Shown here one piece after another: positions 30,630 to 39,587 of a stretch of 64,000 bases of DNA. Each line of letters starts with the position of its first letter. Position 1 is the stretch's first letter. This stretch comes from a virus. Lineage: Duplodnaviria; Caudoviricetes. The stretch is from positions 1-64,000 of IMG/VR virus record IMGVR_UViG_3300029305_001452. One strand, 5' to 3'. The translations under genes were made by a program, and so were the position numbers. A model generated the notes under the pieces. The model did no database searches, had not been told where the DNA came from, and saw only the letters and a list, made by a program, of their open reading frames with translations.

Positions 30630-30854
30630 TTATACCTCCAAAGCTTCATTGTGCTTTTCAATACCAAGATTCTTTAAAACATGCATATCAGCCGTAAGAG
30701 ACTCAATAAGCCTATTACAGTTTGGACACAAACTAGGAGTGAACGGCACTAAATATTCCCAACCACATAAAGTCTCGGTATGATTAAGCTCTAAATCTCT
30801 AAACACATAGCCGCATTCACATACCGGAAGTAATTTTAATGTCGTTCCCATCAT
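30630..30854 (-). CDS. Zn-ribbon protein
   Basis: CECG..CPNC. Confidence 0.55.
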   Translation of the reverse strand: MMGTTLKLLPVCECGYVFRDLELNHTETLCGWEYLVPFTPSLCPNCNRLIESLTADMHVLKNLGIEKHNEALEV

Positions 30855-31207
30855 ACTTCCTCCATCTTCTTAGCAAACTTACCAAAGTATCCATCAACGT
30901 ACCACTTCTCAAGAGAGTCCTTATCTCTAATAACCTTCTCATAAATCTTATATGGTAGCGGATTTTCTACTTCAACAAGGTCATACATGCTCGAATCTGT
31001 ATCGCCAATTCTTCCACAAATTGTACAAACCTTTTTTGGCAACTCATACATAGTTGTTTTATCTGGAAAATAACGGCTTGCATATTCGTTCAAAAGAAGC
31101 ACCGTTTTATATTCATGTTTATGATCTGCACGAGGTTGGCCCTTCTTATTACTTTTCTTTTTATGCTTTGGTACTTCGGTTTCAAAAGGCTTACGTTTTT
31201 CGTTCAT
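30851..31207 (-). CDS. Hypothetical protein
   Basis: Basic N-terminus; HKHEY..CTICG. Confidence 0.6.
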   Translation of the reverse strand: MNEKRKPFETEVPKHKKKSNKKGQPRADHKHEYKTVLLLNEYASRYFPDKTTMYELPKKVCTICGRIGDTDSSMYDLVEVENPLPYKIYEKVIRDKDSLEKWYVDGYFGKFAKKMEEV

Positions 31208-31331
31208 CTTATATCACTTCCTTAACGCATATACTGTACAATATTTAAGCTGACCGTGTGACCATCTAGGATGGCGTTTACGGATTAGACTATATACATA
31301 TCCAAATCTATTAAACTTTTTCATAGACACC

Positions 31332-31556
31332 TCAGCCAATAAATTTTTCAATCTCACTCTTACACTTCTCACAATAAATCTTTTGTGAGTTCAAAACCTG
31401 TAAAGCACTATCTCTGGTGTAAGAAGAATAGCAGGATGCAGATGCATAATCACATGTCAAATCACATTTTGGTTCTGTATCATATGAATAAAAGTTAATC
31501 GTATAATATTTTTCTTTAATTTCTTGTTCACATCTATCACAATGTAGTTTAACCAT
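31332..31556 (-). CDS. Zn-binding small protein
   Basis: CDRC..YCEKC. Confidence 0.6.
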   Translation of the reverse strand: MVKLHCDRCEQEIKEKYYTINFYSYDTEPKCDLTCDYASASCYSSYTRDSALQVLNSQKIYCEKCKSEIEKFIG

Positions 31557-31566
31557 AACTTACACC

Positions 31567-31785
31567 TCAATATCTACTAACTTCTTGTCCACATTCAGGA
31601 CAAGCATAATATTTCATGCCCCTTGACACTCCTCTGAGTTCATATCTTACTTCACAATTTTGGCAAATGCCGTCATTCCAAGTAGGAGCAGAGCAAGCAT
31701 TAACACCAATAACAATCGCAATAATCAATATAAAACAAATAATAATTGTAAACCAACTTTCTTCGCTACTGTATCTTTTGTGCAT
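31567..31785 (-). CDS. Membrane-anchored Zn-ribbon protein
   Basis: N-terminal hydrophobic helix; CQNC..CPEC. Confidence 0.55.
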   Translation of the reverse strand: MHKRYSSEESWFTIIICFILIIAIVIGVNACSAPTWNDGICQNCEVRYELRGVSRGMKYYACPECGQEVSRY

Positions 31786-32009
31786 CTCATCTCATAAACA
31801 CATTTGCGGCAACGAGGTTTTACTGCGTTTACTGCTTTTAGACTTTTATTTAATTCGTCTATCCCTTCGGCAGTAATATACATAGCATTGGGGTAGCCAA
31901 TAAGGTCGCCATATACCAAATAGTTGAGTTCGCCATTAGGAGTTATAACCCAATAATATTGGTCTGTAATATCCTGTTTAGTTGTCTTATCAAATACTCT
32001 GTATTTCAT
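31725..32009 (-). CDS. Hypothetical protein
   Basis: AAGAGG RBS; MKYRVFDK start. Confidence 0.55.
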   Translation of the reverse strand: MKYRVFDKTTKQDITDQYYWVITPNGELNYLVYGDLIGYPNAMYITAEGIDELNKSLKAVNAVKPRCRKCVYEMRCTKDTVAKKVGLQLLFVLY

Positions 32010-32032
32010 ACTTACCTCTTAAAACTCTATTT

Positions 32033-32239
32033 TTATTGCTTATTATATTCGTATCCATACACAACTTTTAATGTGTTAATCATATAATCTGTGTATGAGG
32101 GATATTCTCCTTTATCTAATCGTGCAATAATTCGTTCTTTAGATGCCAAAGAATAATCATCATCACCGTGACCAGCAAGACAAAAATCACCACACGCACA
32201 AACACAACATTCACCACTGCAATCACTAAACATCTTCAT
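32033..32239 (-). CDS. Cys-rich hypothetical protein
   Basis: CSGECCVCACGDFCLAGHGDDD; AAGAGG RBS. Confidence 0.6.
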   Translation of the reverse strand: MKMFSDCSGECCVCACGDFCLAGHGDDDYSLASKERIIARLDKGEYPSYTDYMINTLKVVYGYEYNKQ

Positions 32240-32264
32240 ATTGTTACCTCTTAAAATTTTATTT

Positions 32265-32483
32265 TTATTCGCAATTAGCGGCAGCAGTTATTTCATCAAC
32301 ATTTAGTTTACACTGCTCGTCAATCCACTTGCTAACTCTTGTAGCACAGGCAACACAAAGTTGCTTTTCGTCATCATAATACTTCTTGAAGTTAACAACA
32401 CCATAATGATTAAAATTAACATTCACTCCGTCAACATTAAAATCAATAGGCTTTTTACACATATCACAAGTAACTTTAATCAT
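32265..32483 (-). CDS. Zn-binding small protein
   Basis: CDMC..LCVAC. Confidence 0.6.
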   Translation of the reverse strand: MIKVTCDMCKKPIDFNVDGVNVNFNHYGVVNFKKYYDDEKQLCVACATRVSKWIDEQCKLNVDEITAAANCE

Positions 32484-32512
32484 ATATTCTCACCTCTTAA
32501 AAGTTTGTTTTA

Positions 32513-32821
32513 CTATTCAGACATCTTTTCATTCCACACATATACGGCATCATCAAGCTCTCTTGTATATACGGATTCACCGCACTCTTCACATTCTACA
32601 GAATACTCAAATGTTTCCACAAAAAACATCTCTTTAGTTTCTACATTCTTCTTTGCAATACCTTCTTGATAAATTTGAGGCAATGCACCACATTTACAAG
32701 GCAAAACCCAAGAACGCAAACTGATATGATGATTACAATTTGGACAATGAATCATTGAAGCCTTAGTTGTAATAAACATCTCTTTGCCACACATGGGACA
32801 ATAACCAATCTTCTTCTCCAT
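32513..32821 (-). CDS. Zn-ribbon protein with Lar-like C-terminal part
   Basis: CPMC..CPNC..PCKCG..CEECG..VWN. Confidence 0.55.
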   Translation of the reverse strand: MEKKIGYCPMCGKEMFITTKASMIHCPNCNHHISLRSWVLPCKCGALPQIYQEGIAKKNVETKEMFFVETFEYSVECEECGESVYTRELDDAVYVWNEKMSE

Positions 32822-32829
32822 AACTACCT

Positions 32830-33153
32830 CTAACAAATAATTAAATAACCAACTTGCTTGTTCTCCATTAGTTCTAATAATTCAGATAATCTATCGCACA
32901 ATTTATCATATGCAATATTTGAAAGATAACCTACACATTGCCTATAATCTCTATTGTTACTTTCGTCTATCTTGAATTTATCCAAACCAGTTTTAAACTC
33001 TTCAATCTTTTTCTTTGTTACTCTACCACTAAATTCGGTTATTTCTTTCCCGAAACACCGTCTGAATACGGGTTGGTATGCATACATACATTCTTCATAG
33101 AAAATACTTTCTTCGTCTGTCTTTCTATGCTTGCCGATAAAACCATATCCCAT
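32830..33153 (-). CDS. Hypothetical protein
   Basis: AAGAGG RBS before MGYGF. Confidence 0.55.
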   Translation of the reverse strand: MGYGFIGKHRKTDEESIFYEECMYAYQPVFRRCFGKEITEFSGRVTKKKIEEFKTGLDKFKIDESNNRDYRQCVGYLSNIAYDKLCDRLSELLELMENKQVGYLIIC

Positions 33154-33178
33154 AAAACCACCTCTTAAAAGTTTGTTT

Positions 33179-33523
33179 TTATGTGTACTTTCCAGACCTT
33201 GCAACAGATGCCATGTTACCCTTTGAAACATCTTCCATAAACTTATCACTATAGTCTACAGAATAAGCAAATCTACCAGCAAAATATACGAAGCACTTTT
33301 TGCTGCCATCAATCGGAATAAAGACATAGGTTCTTGCAGTTGTCATTGCTTGACCGCCTATGCCTCCAAATCCCAAAGCAGTGCTTCCCCAAACTTGTTC
33401 AAAAGTATACATATCAAAGTCATTTATTGTTTGTCTTGGATTTTCTTTATAGTTAAATCTAAACGGCAAGTCTGCTTCAATGGAAAGAGCCTCTAGCGCC
33501 ATTTGTGTAAGTTTATTACTCAT
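33179..33523 (-). CDS. Hypothetical protein
   Basis: F.Q.WGSTALGFGGIGGQAMT motif. Confidence 0.65.
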   Translation of the reverse strand: MSNKLTQMALEALSIEADLPFRFNYKENPRQTINDFDMYTFEQVWGSTALGFGGIGGQAMTTARTYVFIPIDGSKKCFVYFAGRFAYSVDYSDKFMEDVSKGNMASVARSGKYT

Positions 33524-33540
33524 ATATAATACCTCTCATA

Positions 33541-33843
33541 TTAATTTCCCCATCTAATTTCCAACCAAGATGTTAAGGCACCATGATTATTACCTTCCTC
33601 TTTTACTGTAAATCCTTGCTTCTCGAAATATTCTTTTAACTCCATCATATACTCATATGTCATGAAGCTTTCTCGTAGTGTCTTTGTATAAATAACCTTG
33701 CTGCCACGCTTAGCTTCTCGCTTTATGTCTTTACATAGTTGCTTAATATATTTGCGTCTCATTTTTTCTAGTTTTCTTTCATGCTCTTGTAGATACTTTC
33801 TGGCAGCATCTACGTTGATAACAATACTATTAACTTCAAACAT
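33541..33843 (-). CDS. Hypothetical protein
   Basis: C-terminal GF.V..LEIRW pattern. Confidence 0.6.
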   Translation of the reverse strand: MFEVNSIVINVDAARKYLQEHERKLEKMRRKYIKQLCKDIKREAKRGSKVIYTKTLRESFMTYEYMMELKEYFEKQGFTVKEEGNNHGALTSWLEIRWGN

Positions 33844-33847
33844 TATA

Positions 33848-34351
33848 TTACCACCTCTCAAAATACTCGCTCAAATATTCAGTTGGGCCAAGTGCAATTT
33901 CCTTGTGGCTGATGCCGGTTTCAAAACATTCACCAATCCACTGATCCCAATTATTATACATAGCATCTGGACCACAACCACTTTCGCCACGCTTGTCTCT
34001 GATGAAGCAACGACCAACCCATTCGGCCTTACAACTAGACATAGGATATACAATTGTAAAATCAATACCTTCCTTATCAAGCGCCTCTCTAACAGATGCG
34101 TGGCTACTTACAAAGATACAATCATACTTACCAATGTTTTCTTTAATATGTTTAATATAGTTATCTGGGAAGTCTGGGTTGCGAACTCTACGAAATCCTC
34201 TAAACACATCCCCATTTTCATCTATGTTAGTAAGTACCCAACTAAATTGACTACTATCGGAGTCAAGAATCTTTAAGCCATACTTTTCTTGATTTTCATA
34301 TAAATATGTCTTGCCACAGGCAGGGAAGACGCTATAAATTTTTGTATTCAT
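33848..34351 (-). CDS. P-loop kinase-like protein
   Basis: SVFPACGKT Walker A; DSDSS.FSW, FP.NYI, FVSSH. Confidence 0.7.
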   Translation of the reverse strand: MNTKIYSVFPACGKTYLYENQEKYGLKILDSDSSQFSWVLTNIDENGDVFRGFRRVRNPDFPDNYIKHIKENIGKYDCIFVSSHASVREALDKEGIDFTIVYPMSSCKAEWVGRCFIRDKRGESGCGPDAMYNNWDQWIGECFETGISHKEIALGPTEYLSEYFERW

Positions 34352-34362
34352 ATAACTACCTC

Positions 34363-34647
34363 TTAATATGTTTTTTCTGCTTCAAAATACATTGTATTAT
34401 AATCGCTGTCTCCGCTTTCTTTTACATATTCATCAAACTTTTTTCTCAAACAAGCCTTAGAACATATATCAAAGTGCTCAATGCTTTCACAACTGTCGTT
34501 GCCCCAGTCATGATGTCCTGTAGTAAGCTCCCAGTATCCATTATTTTCAATTATGCCGTCGCAAACATCACAATGCAGCGTTTCTTTTACACAAACTCTT
34601 TCTGTGACAGTATGTGTTTTAACTTCATATTCTCTTTTAATGCTCAT
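34363..34647 (-). CDS. Hypothetical protein
   Basis: CDVC..HHDWGNDS..ICS..C. Confidence 0.6.
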   Translation of the reverse strand: MSIKREYEVKTHTVTERVCVKETLHCDVCDGIIENNGYWELTTGHHDWGNDSCESIEHFDICSKACLRKKFDEYVKESGDSDYNTMYFEAEKTY

Positions 34648-34658
34648 ATTTACACCTC

Positions 34659-34949
34659 TTAAAATTTATCCTTACACTCAGGACAGTAGTCCTTATCACC
34701 ATCTACATGGTGAACCCAGCCTGCAGCCTTAGCCTTGTCAAGCGCCTCGTTGTGACTATCTGCATGCGGACTATGCTTTCCGCAGCCGTCACACTTTCTA
34801 TAATGTTGTCTAACAGTTTTAGGAAAACTCAAAAATAAAATTGAAAATAGCGCAATCCACCATCTATTAAATCCCATAGCTAGGAGTGTAAAACAAACAA
34901 CGCTAATCATATTGTAAATGGCGCAAGCCCAAATAGTATTTTTATTCAT
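34659..34949 (-). CDS. Membrane protein with Zn ribbon
   Basis: Two hydrophobic segments; CDGC..GW..YCPEC. Confidence 0.6.
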   Translation of the reverse strand: MNKNTIWACAIYNMISVVCFTLLAMGFNRWWIALFSILFLSFPKTVRQHYRKCDGCGKHSPHADSHNEALDKAKAAGWVHHVDGDKDYCPECKDKF

Positions 34950-35220
34950 TTATATCACCATCCATTCTAGACCCACAATCAGGACAGTATCTCATCCAGC
35001 TATCATAGTCCCATACATTTCTAGTTGTGCGATGGCAATGCTGGCAAGTGCCGCTACCGTCTTTATTAAACTTCCATGAGCTATGATTTATCTCAGCCCA
35101 TTTTGTGCGGTCTTTAAAATCTTCGCAACCAAACTCATTCAAATAATCTTCGTCACCGGATACACTGTTTTCAATAATCACACATACTTCATAATGTAAA
35201 CAATCTTTACAAGTAGTCAT
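34942..35220 (-). CDS. Zn-ribbon protein
   Basis: CKDCLHYEVC..CQHC..YCPDCGSRMD. Confidence 0.6.
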   Translation of the reverse strand: MTTCKDCLHYEVCVIIENSVSGDEDYLNEFGCEDFKDRTKWAEINHSSWKFNKDGSGTCQHCHRTTRNVWDYDSWMRYCPDCGSRMDGDINE

Positions 35221-35224
35221 TATA

Positions 35225-35551
35225 TTAAATTTCACCATCCATCTTTGCACCACAGAACGGACACACCTTGAATCGTGCTTTCCAGTATTCCCGGTCATGA
35301 GATTCGATCTTGAACACTTCCTCACAATGAGAACAATCAATGCTCTTGTAAATAATTCTTCCAGTTTTGGGATCTACCGCACATCCATCTTCCCAATGTG
35401 CGTGTACCACTTCCACGGCATCCACGGTGGGAAGAGAGTTAAACCATTCTTCCACACACCATAAGTCTGTCGAGCAACCAAATCCACATTCTATGTCTTG
35501 TATATTTGCTTTATTGGCGTCAATAAATCTAATTCCATTTGTCATCTTCAC
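35225..35551 (-). CDS. Zn-ribbon protein
   Basis: RFIDA..PTVDAVEVVHAHW..CSHC..CPFCGAKMD, a common clostridial phage family. Confidence 0.65.
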   Translation of the reverse strand: MKMTNGIRFIDANKANIQDIECGFGCSTDLWCVEEWFNSLPTVDAVEVVHAHWEDGCAVDPKTGRIIYKSIDCSHCEEVFKIESHDREYWKARFKVCPFCGAKMDGEI

Positions 35552-35707
35552 TCACCACTCAACTACAAAGTCATCCACTTCTTCTACAGTTTCAATTCCA
35601 TACTCACAGAAAGCATAGTCTTCATCGTCAAACTTTTCACGCGCCTCTTCCTCGTCGTCTGCATCAACATAGGCAAACCCTCCAAATATAATCTTAAATC
35701 TTGCCAT
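35552..35707 (-). CDS. Small acidic protein
   Basis: MARFKIIFGGFAYVDADDEEEAREKF..; below the ORF-track cutoff. Confidence 0.55.
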   Translation of the reverse strand: MARFKIIFGGFAYVDADDEEEAREKFDDEDYAFCEYGIETVEEVDDFVVEW

Positions 35708-35718
35708 ATTCTGTCCTC

Positions 35719-35892
35719 TCAATCCAAATCAAAACGTTCATTAGCCATAACTACGGACACAATTTCATCTGCAAACTCTTCATCTGTCATTTCAACTAGG
35801 TCAAGCATAATGTTGCAAAGAGTCATAACGGTGTCCTCTACTGTGTGACCAGATGTGAATTGCTTAATTGCATCAATCATTTCATAATACAT
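35719..35892 (-). CDS. Small acidic protein
   Basis: AAGGAG RBS; MYYEMIDAIKQF..; below the ORF-track cutoff. Confidence 0.55.
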   Translation of the reverse strand: MYYEMIDAIKQFTSGHTVEDTVMTLCNIMLDLVEMTDEEFADEIVSVVMANERFDLD

Positions 35893-35928
35893 AATTAATT
35901 CTCCTTACCTCTTAAAATATGTTTTTTA

Positions 35929-36201
35929 TTAGTACTTATCTTTAACAAATACTTGACCGCACTTCGTACAATAATAAAATGTTTTGTCTTTTATTGATTC
36001 TCCGTATTTGCGACTTCCCCAAGCATTAGAATTATGCGAAATTCCGTTGTCATAATATAACTCTTCTAATTCGTGCTTGCAATTACCATGCTTTTCCAAT
36101 GCCTCAACTGCCATCTTCGCATAGCTCGTTACTGGCTCACTAAAAATATCATGTGTAATTCCATATTTAAAATGATTAATTGCGTCATTTATGTCTGTCA
36201 T
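35929..36201 (-). CDS. Hypothetical protein
   Basis: MAVEALEK..CKH..CTKCG. Confidence 0.6.
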   Translation of the reverse strand: MTDINDAINHFKYGITHDIFSEPVTSYAKMAVEALEKHGNCKHELEELYYDNGISHNSNAWGSRKYGESIKDKTFYYCTKCGQVFVKDKY

Positions 36202-36671
36202 TCTTCTACCTCAATAGGCTCTTTCTTCTTTAGTGCAATAGGTCTTACAGTATCTCTAATAACATCTTCAACCGTATCAGAAATAGTATTAGAAACCTTA
36301 GCGACTTCTTCCTTAACTTCAAGGAGTAACCTGGTATTATCCTCTAACACGGAACCAAAGCATTCACTCAGATTCAGCTCAGAAAAAACACTCTGTAGCT
36401 GCTTAAGTTCTAGAATCCGGCGCTTGATGTCAGTCTGTAGCTCGGTAATAAAAATCTCTTTTGCAATCTGATGGTTCTCATTATTGAAGTCAAATTCATA
36501 GCGCTCCATATAGTCGTTAGCAAATGCAACCTTGCCATTATCCATATAGATATAAGTACCCCTATTAGAGCTACCTTTATTGTTTACCTTATCTTTAATT
36601 GAAACTGCATAAATTAGTTTGCCGTAGCGAATAATCATAGTTTCGTTGTATTTCTTTTCACACTTGCTCAT
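36198..36671 (-). CDS. Hypothetical protein
   Basis: AAAGGA RBS; 157 aa. Confidence 0.6.
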   Translation of the reverse strand: MSKCEKKYNETMIIRYGKLIYAVSIKDKVNNKGSSNRGTYIYMDNGKVAFANDYMERYEFDFNNENHQIAKEIFITELQTDIKRRILELKQLQSVFSELNLSECFGSVLEDNTRLLLEVKEEVAKVSNTISDTVEDVIRDTVRPIALKKKEPIEVEE

Positions 36672-36757
36672 TCAACATTATCCTTTCTTGTCTCGTCTAA
36701 AAATACCCTAAAAATCAATAGTAATTTAAATTTTAATAGAGTAGGGTATATAAGTTA

Positions 36758-36961
36758 TCATTCCAAATCTTCGTCCTCAAAATCGTCCATATTCTCACTA
36801 TTTTTTCTAACAGGCTTCAATTCGTCGTTTTCTTCCTTGCCCATACGATATCGCCACAGAGGACAATTTTCTGCGGGGCATCTACGCACCTCAGCCATAT
36901 TACCGCCACAACAGTCGATGCACTTTAGACGGATTGCCTTAGATCTACTAATTCGCTCCAT
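36758..36961 (-). CDS. Small Cys-rich conserved phage protein
   Basis: KAIRLKCIDCCGG..EVRRC....CPLWRYRMG. Confidence 0.65.
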   Translation of the reverse strand: MERISRSKAIRLKCIDCCGGNMAEVRRCPAENCPLWRYRMGKEENDELKPVRKNSENMDDFEDEDLE

Positions 36962-36963
36962 AA

Positions 36964-37266
36964 TTAACCCCCATAAACCTTTACTTTAGTATGAGCGTTC
37001 TGCTTAATACAAAACTCAATTGCCTCTTCCTTATCTGTGAACAGCTGATCAAAATCACAAAATGGAATTTGCTCACCGTTATCTAAGGTAACGCCATAAA
37101 CACCAGTTACCCATATACCAGTCACGACACACACGGTAACAACCCACTTTGAGTTCTTTTTCCACCACTTCTTTTTATGTGCATAATAAACTACTTGGTT
37201 ACACCTAAAAGGAACGGTATATTTAAGATTACCATCAAGCTCGTGCATTATAATTGTCCATCCCAT
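36964..37266 (-). CDS. Hypothetical protein
   Basis: GAGGAG RBS; LF..KEEA motif. Confidence 0.6.
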   Translation of the reverse strand: MGWTIIMHELDGNLKYTVPFRCNQVVYYAHKKKWWKKNSKWVVTVCVVTGIWVTGVYGVTLDNGEQIPFCDFDQLFTDKEEAIEFCIKQNAHTKVKVYGG

Positions 37267-37309
37267 ATTATAAACTCCTCGTCGTTTTAATACAATTCAT
37301 TTTGTATTG

Positions 37310-37507
37310 TTAACGGCTTTCACGCCAGTAACAAATAAGCAAATATACAATTGCAATCAAGATTAGTGCAATGTTAATCCACAGAGGGATTAGTACTACC
37401 CACCAAGACCAGGCAATTAGGTTGAGCAGCTTCAGCACTATAAAGATAATTTGTAGTACGCCAAGTATGCCCATGCCGCCACTTGCTCTGCTATTAGATT
37501 TCTTCAT
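37310..37507 (-). CDS. Small two-helix membrane protein
   Basis: GGMGILGVLQIIFIVLKL..I.WSWWVVLIPLWI. Confidence 0.7.
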   Translation of the reverse strand: MKKSNSRASGGMGILGVLQIIFIVLKLLNLIAWSWWVVLIPLWINIALILIAIVYLLICYWRESR

Positions 37508-37522
37508 ATCTTATTCCCCTCA

Positions 37523-37789
37523 TTAATATGCACTAAATGTTACTTCAATCTTGCAATTGAAGATGTCCTTAAGCATCTGCTTCATCTCGGCCATCATACC
37601 CTTACAATATGCAGATGTTCTACCTTCAGTCTGATAAGTTGCCATTAGGCTACCATCTGCGGCATATCCTAAATTAAAATAAACACCATGCTCATCAGCA
37701 AAGTCACAGATTGGATTTGCCATCTGTGCGATTGTTGTCTCGTCTGTAAGCTTGGTATGGATTCTTACATCTTGTCTTCCGTACGTCAT
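37523..37789 (-). CDS. Hypothetical protein, first gene after the leftward promoter
   Basis: AAAGGAG RBS. Confidence 0.65.
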   Translation of the reverse strand: MTYGRQDVRIHTKLTDETTIAQMANPICDFADEHGVYFNLGYAADGSLMATYQTEGRTSAYCKGMMAEMKQMLKDIFNCKIEVTFSAY

Positions 37790-37828
37790 ATTTTTGTTGC
37801 TCCTTTGTATTAATTTTGTACCGTTGGA

Positions 37829-37857
37829 ATTATATCATAAAATCCACAATTTGTCAA
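37829..37857 (-). promoter_or_regulatory. Consensus sigma-A promoter (extended -10)
   Basis: TTGACA-17 nt-TATAAT with TGn. Confidence 0.85.
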
Positions 37858-37862
37858 GAGGG

Positions 37863-37988
37863 TGGTATTAAGTTTATACTAGTATAAAAATGATACTAGG
37901 GGTAGTATAAAAATGATACTAAAAATAGTATAAAAATGATACTACATAATATATAATAATATATAAATTAAAATATAAATATATATAA
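37863..37988. repeat. Palindromic iteron/operator array plus AT-rich tract
   Basis: TAGTATAAAAATGATACTA at 37880, 37903, 37926 (23-bp period), variant at 37863, then about 40 nt of almost pure A/T. Confidence 0.85.
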
Positions 37989-38026
37989 GGCTCGCTAAAA
38001 GCTCGCAACGGGGGATTAGGCTTCGC

Positions 38027-38374
38027 CTACGGATCGCTTGCTTCGCTACTTGGGTCTTTGTCTTGCTTCGCATCTTTGGACAATATCTTTTGGACATCAA
38101 CATAGATGTTGCCTTTTTCGTCTAGCTGGATATAACCCTTGTCCTCTAGTTGCTTGCGCACTTTATAATAATTATTTGGCTGGGATATCCCGGTCATTTT
38201 TTGCATATACGCTGTACTTGGGGAGAATGACCCATCGCCTTTACAACCTAGTAGAGTTAGGAGGACTTTTGCCTCGTTACCGCCTAATTGATTATTTATA
38301 GCCGAGAATAGATTGCTTGGGTATACCATAAAGCTTTTTGGTTTATCTTCTTTGTCATGGAAAACCTGGGGCAT
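38027..38374 (-). CDS. Winged-helix DNA-binding protein (replication-initiator-like N-terminal domain)
   Basis: L...EAKVLLTL..FSPS...M.KMTGIS..N.YKVRKQLEDKGYI. Confidence 0.65.
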   Translation of the reverse strand: MPQVFHDKEDKPKSFMVYPSNLFSAINNQLGGNEAKVLLTLLGCKGDGSFSPSTAYMQKMTGISQPNNYYKVRKQLEDKGYIQLDEKGNIYVDVQKILSKDAKQDKDPSSEASDP

Positions 38375-38409
38375 TTGAATCCTCCTTTCATTAATTTTGT
38401 GTCGCTTGG

Positions 38410-38438
38410 ATTATACTACATTTTTTTAGATTTGTCAA
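38410..38438 (-). promoter_or_regulatory. Consensus sigma-A promoter
   Basis: TTGACA-17 nt-TATAAT; same CCCTCTTGACAAAT context as the 37857 promoter. Confidence 0.85.
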
Positions 38439-39037
38439 GAGGGGTGATTTATTGTGTCACTTTTGACTTTTTTTGGTTGAAAGCACCCCCTGGGCGGTAC
38501 ATTTAATAAGGGTTTGCTTTTGGGTTTTATGGTTTGGTTATTTAGGATGGGTTTATTTACCTACTAACCTAGTAGGTTAATAGGATGATATTAGATTTGC
38601 CTATTGGTTTGGTAGGCAATTGTTGGTGGTTTTATGGTTTGATTGTAAATGTTTACGGTTTTTGGAGGGTTTTTATATGGATTTTTAGGGCTTTATATTT
38701 TAATAAGGTATTGTTTGGAATTAACCGATGGTTTTGGAGTTTTATGAAGATAGGTTGTTTTATTAAGGTATTGTTTGGAAATTGGGGAGTTTGGGGATTT
38801 GGTGGTGGTTTTGATGGGTATTTAGTTGGATTTTTATTTATGTTTTAATTGTGGGGAAGTGCCGGTGTTTTGGGTGAAACTTTGTTTTTGCAGTCAGTGT
38901 GGAAATATACCACATGTGGGGAAATTCACGAAAAACACAAGATATTGTGGTTTTAAGTACCCCCATGGCACAAAATATTGGGATCAAATCAAAACTTTGC
39001 AAAATATGTATTTTCAAAAGTTTTTAGAAATTTGGTG

Positions 39038-39065
39038 TTGACTTTGAGGATTTTTTTGTTATTGT
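39038..39065 (+). promoter_or_regulatory. Candidate rightward early promoter
   Basis: TTGACT-16 nt-TATTGT with TGn, upstream of the first plus-strand gene. Confidence 0.4.
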
Positions 39066-39145
39066 CAAATCACACCAAAGGCAAAAAGGTCTTTGGTGAA
39101 TAAATATCACGCCGTGTACACACACGAGCATATGGAGGTAATCGT

Positions 39146-39574
39146 ATGAAAACTAACACTATGGACGCACGCATCAAGGAACTGATGGCTATGGGAGCTA
39201 CTTTCGCAGAGGCACACAAAGCCGCATTGGACGAGGCTGTTGCCTTCGGCAACGGCAAGGGCAAGAAGCCGACTGGCAAGGCTGCACCGGAACTCGTAGA
39301 GTTCCGCAAGAAGAACGGCGAAGTCAAGATGGTCAGCCCTAAGCAAGCAGCCGTGTGGGAAGCTGCACGCAACCGTAGCAACGGCAAGACTCTTGACGAA
39401 GTCAAGGCTGAATGGGAGGCTAAGCACAAGGCTTTCAAGCCTAGCAAGGAGCTGATTGCAGCCCTTAAGGCGAACCCGATCATGACTCGCAAAGAGGCTA
39501 AAGCCTACGGCTTTATCGGCACTAAGGACGAGTTCAAGGCTCTGAAAATCAAGCACAACGTGTACGCTAAGTAA
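39146..39574 (+). CDS. Lys/Ala-rich basic protein, first rightward gene
   Basis: GGAGG RBS; strongly biased GC-rich codons; followed by a terminator. Confidence 0.8.
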   Translation: MKTNTMDARIKELMAMGATFAEAHKAALDEAVAFGNGKGKKPTGKAAPELVEFRKKNGEVKMVSPKQAAVWEAARNRSNGKTLDEVKAEWEAKHKAFKPSKELIAALKANPIMTRKEAKAYGFIGTKDEFKALKIKHNVYAK

Positions 39575-39587
39575 CACCTAACCACCT

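Larger units (their letters stand above)
32020..35928. repeat. Cluster of TAAAA-N6-TTTTA sites at gene junctions (32020, 32252, 32498 variant, 33166, 35913)
   Basis: Each reads TAAAA-N6-TTTTA-AGAGG on the minus strand, between a stop codon and an RBS. Confidence 0.8.

Noticed and set aside
37863-37944. CRISPR array
   Set aside because: 19-bp repeats are separated by only 4 nt; no spacers or cas genes
1530-38301. Plus-strand ORFs in the left arm (e.g. 1530..1991, 19007..19351, 33698..34276)
   Set aside because: Antisense shadows of well-supported minus-strand genes, with no convincing RBS or motifs
38585-39041. ORFs 38585..38848 and 38826..39041
   Set aside because: F/G/W-rich translations arise from the G/T-skewed low-complexity DNA; no convincing RBS
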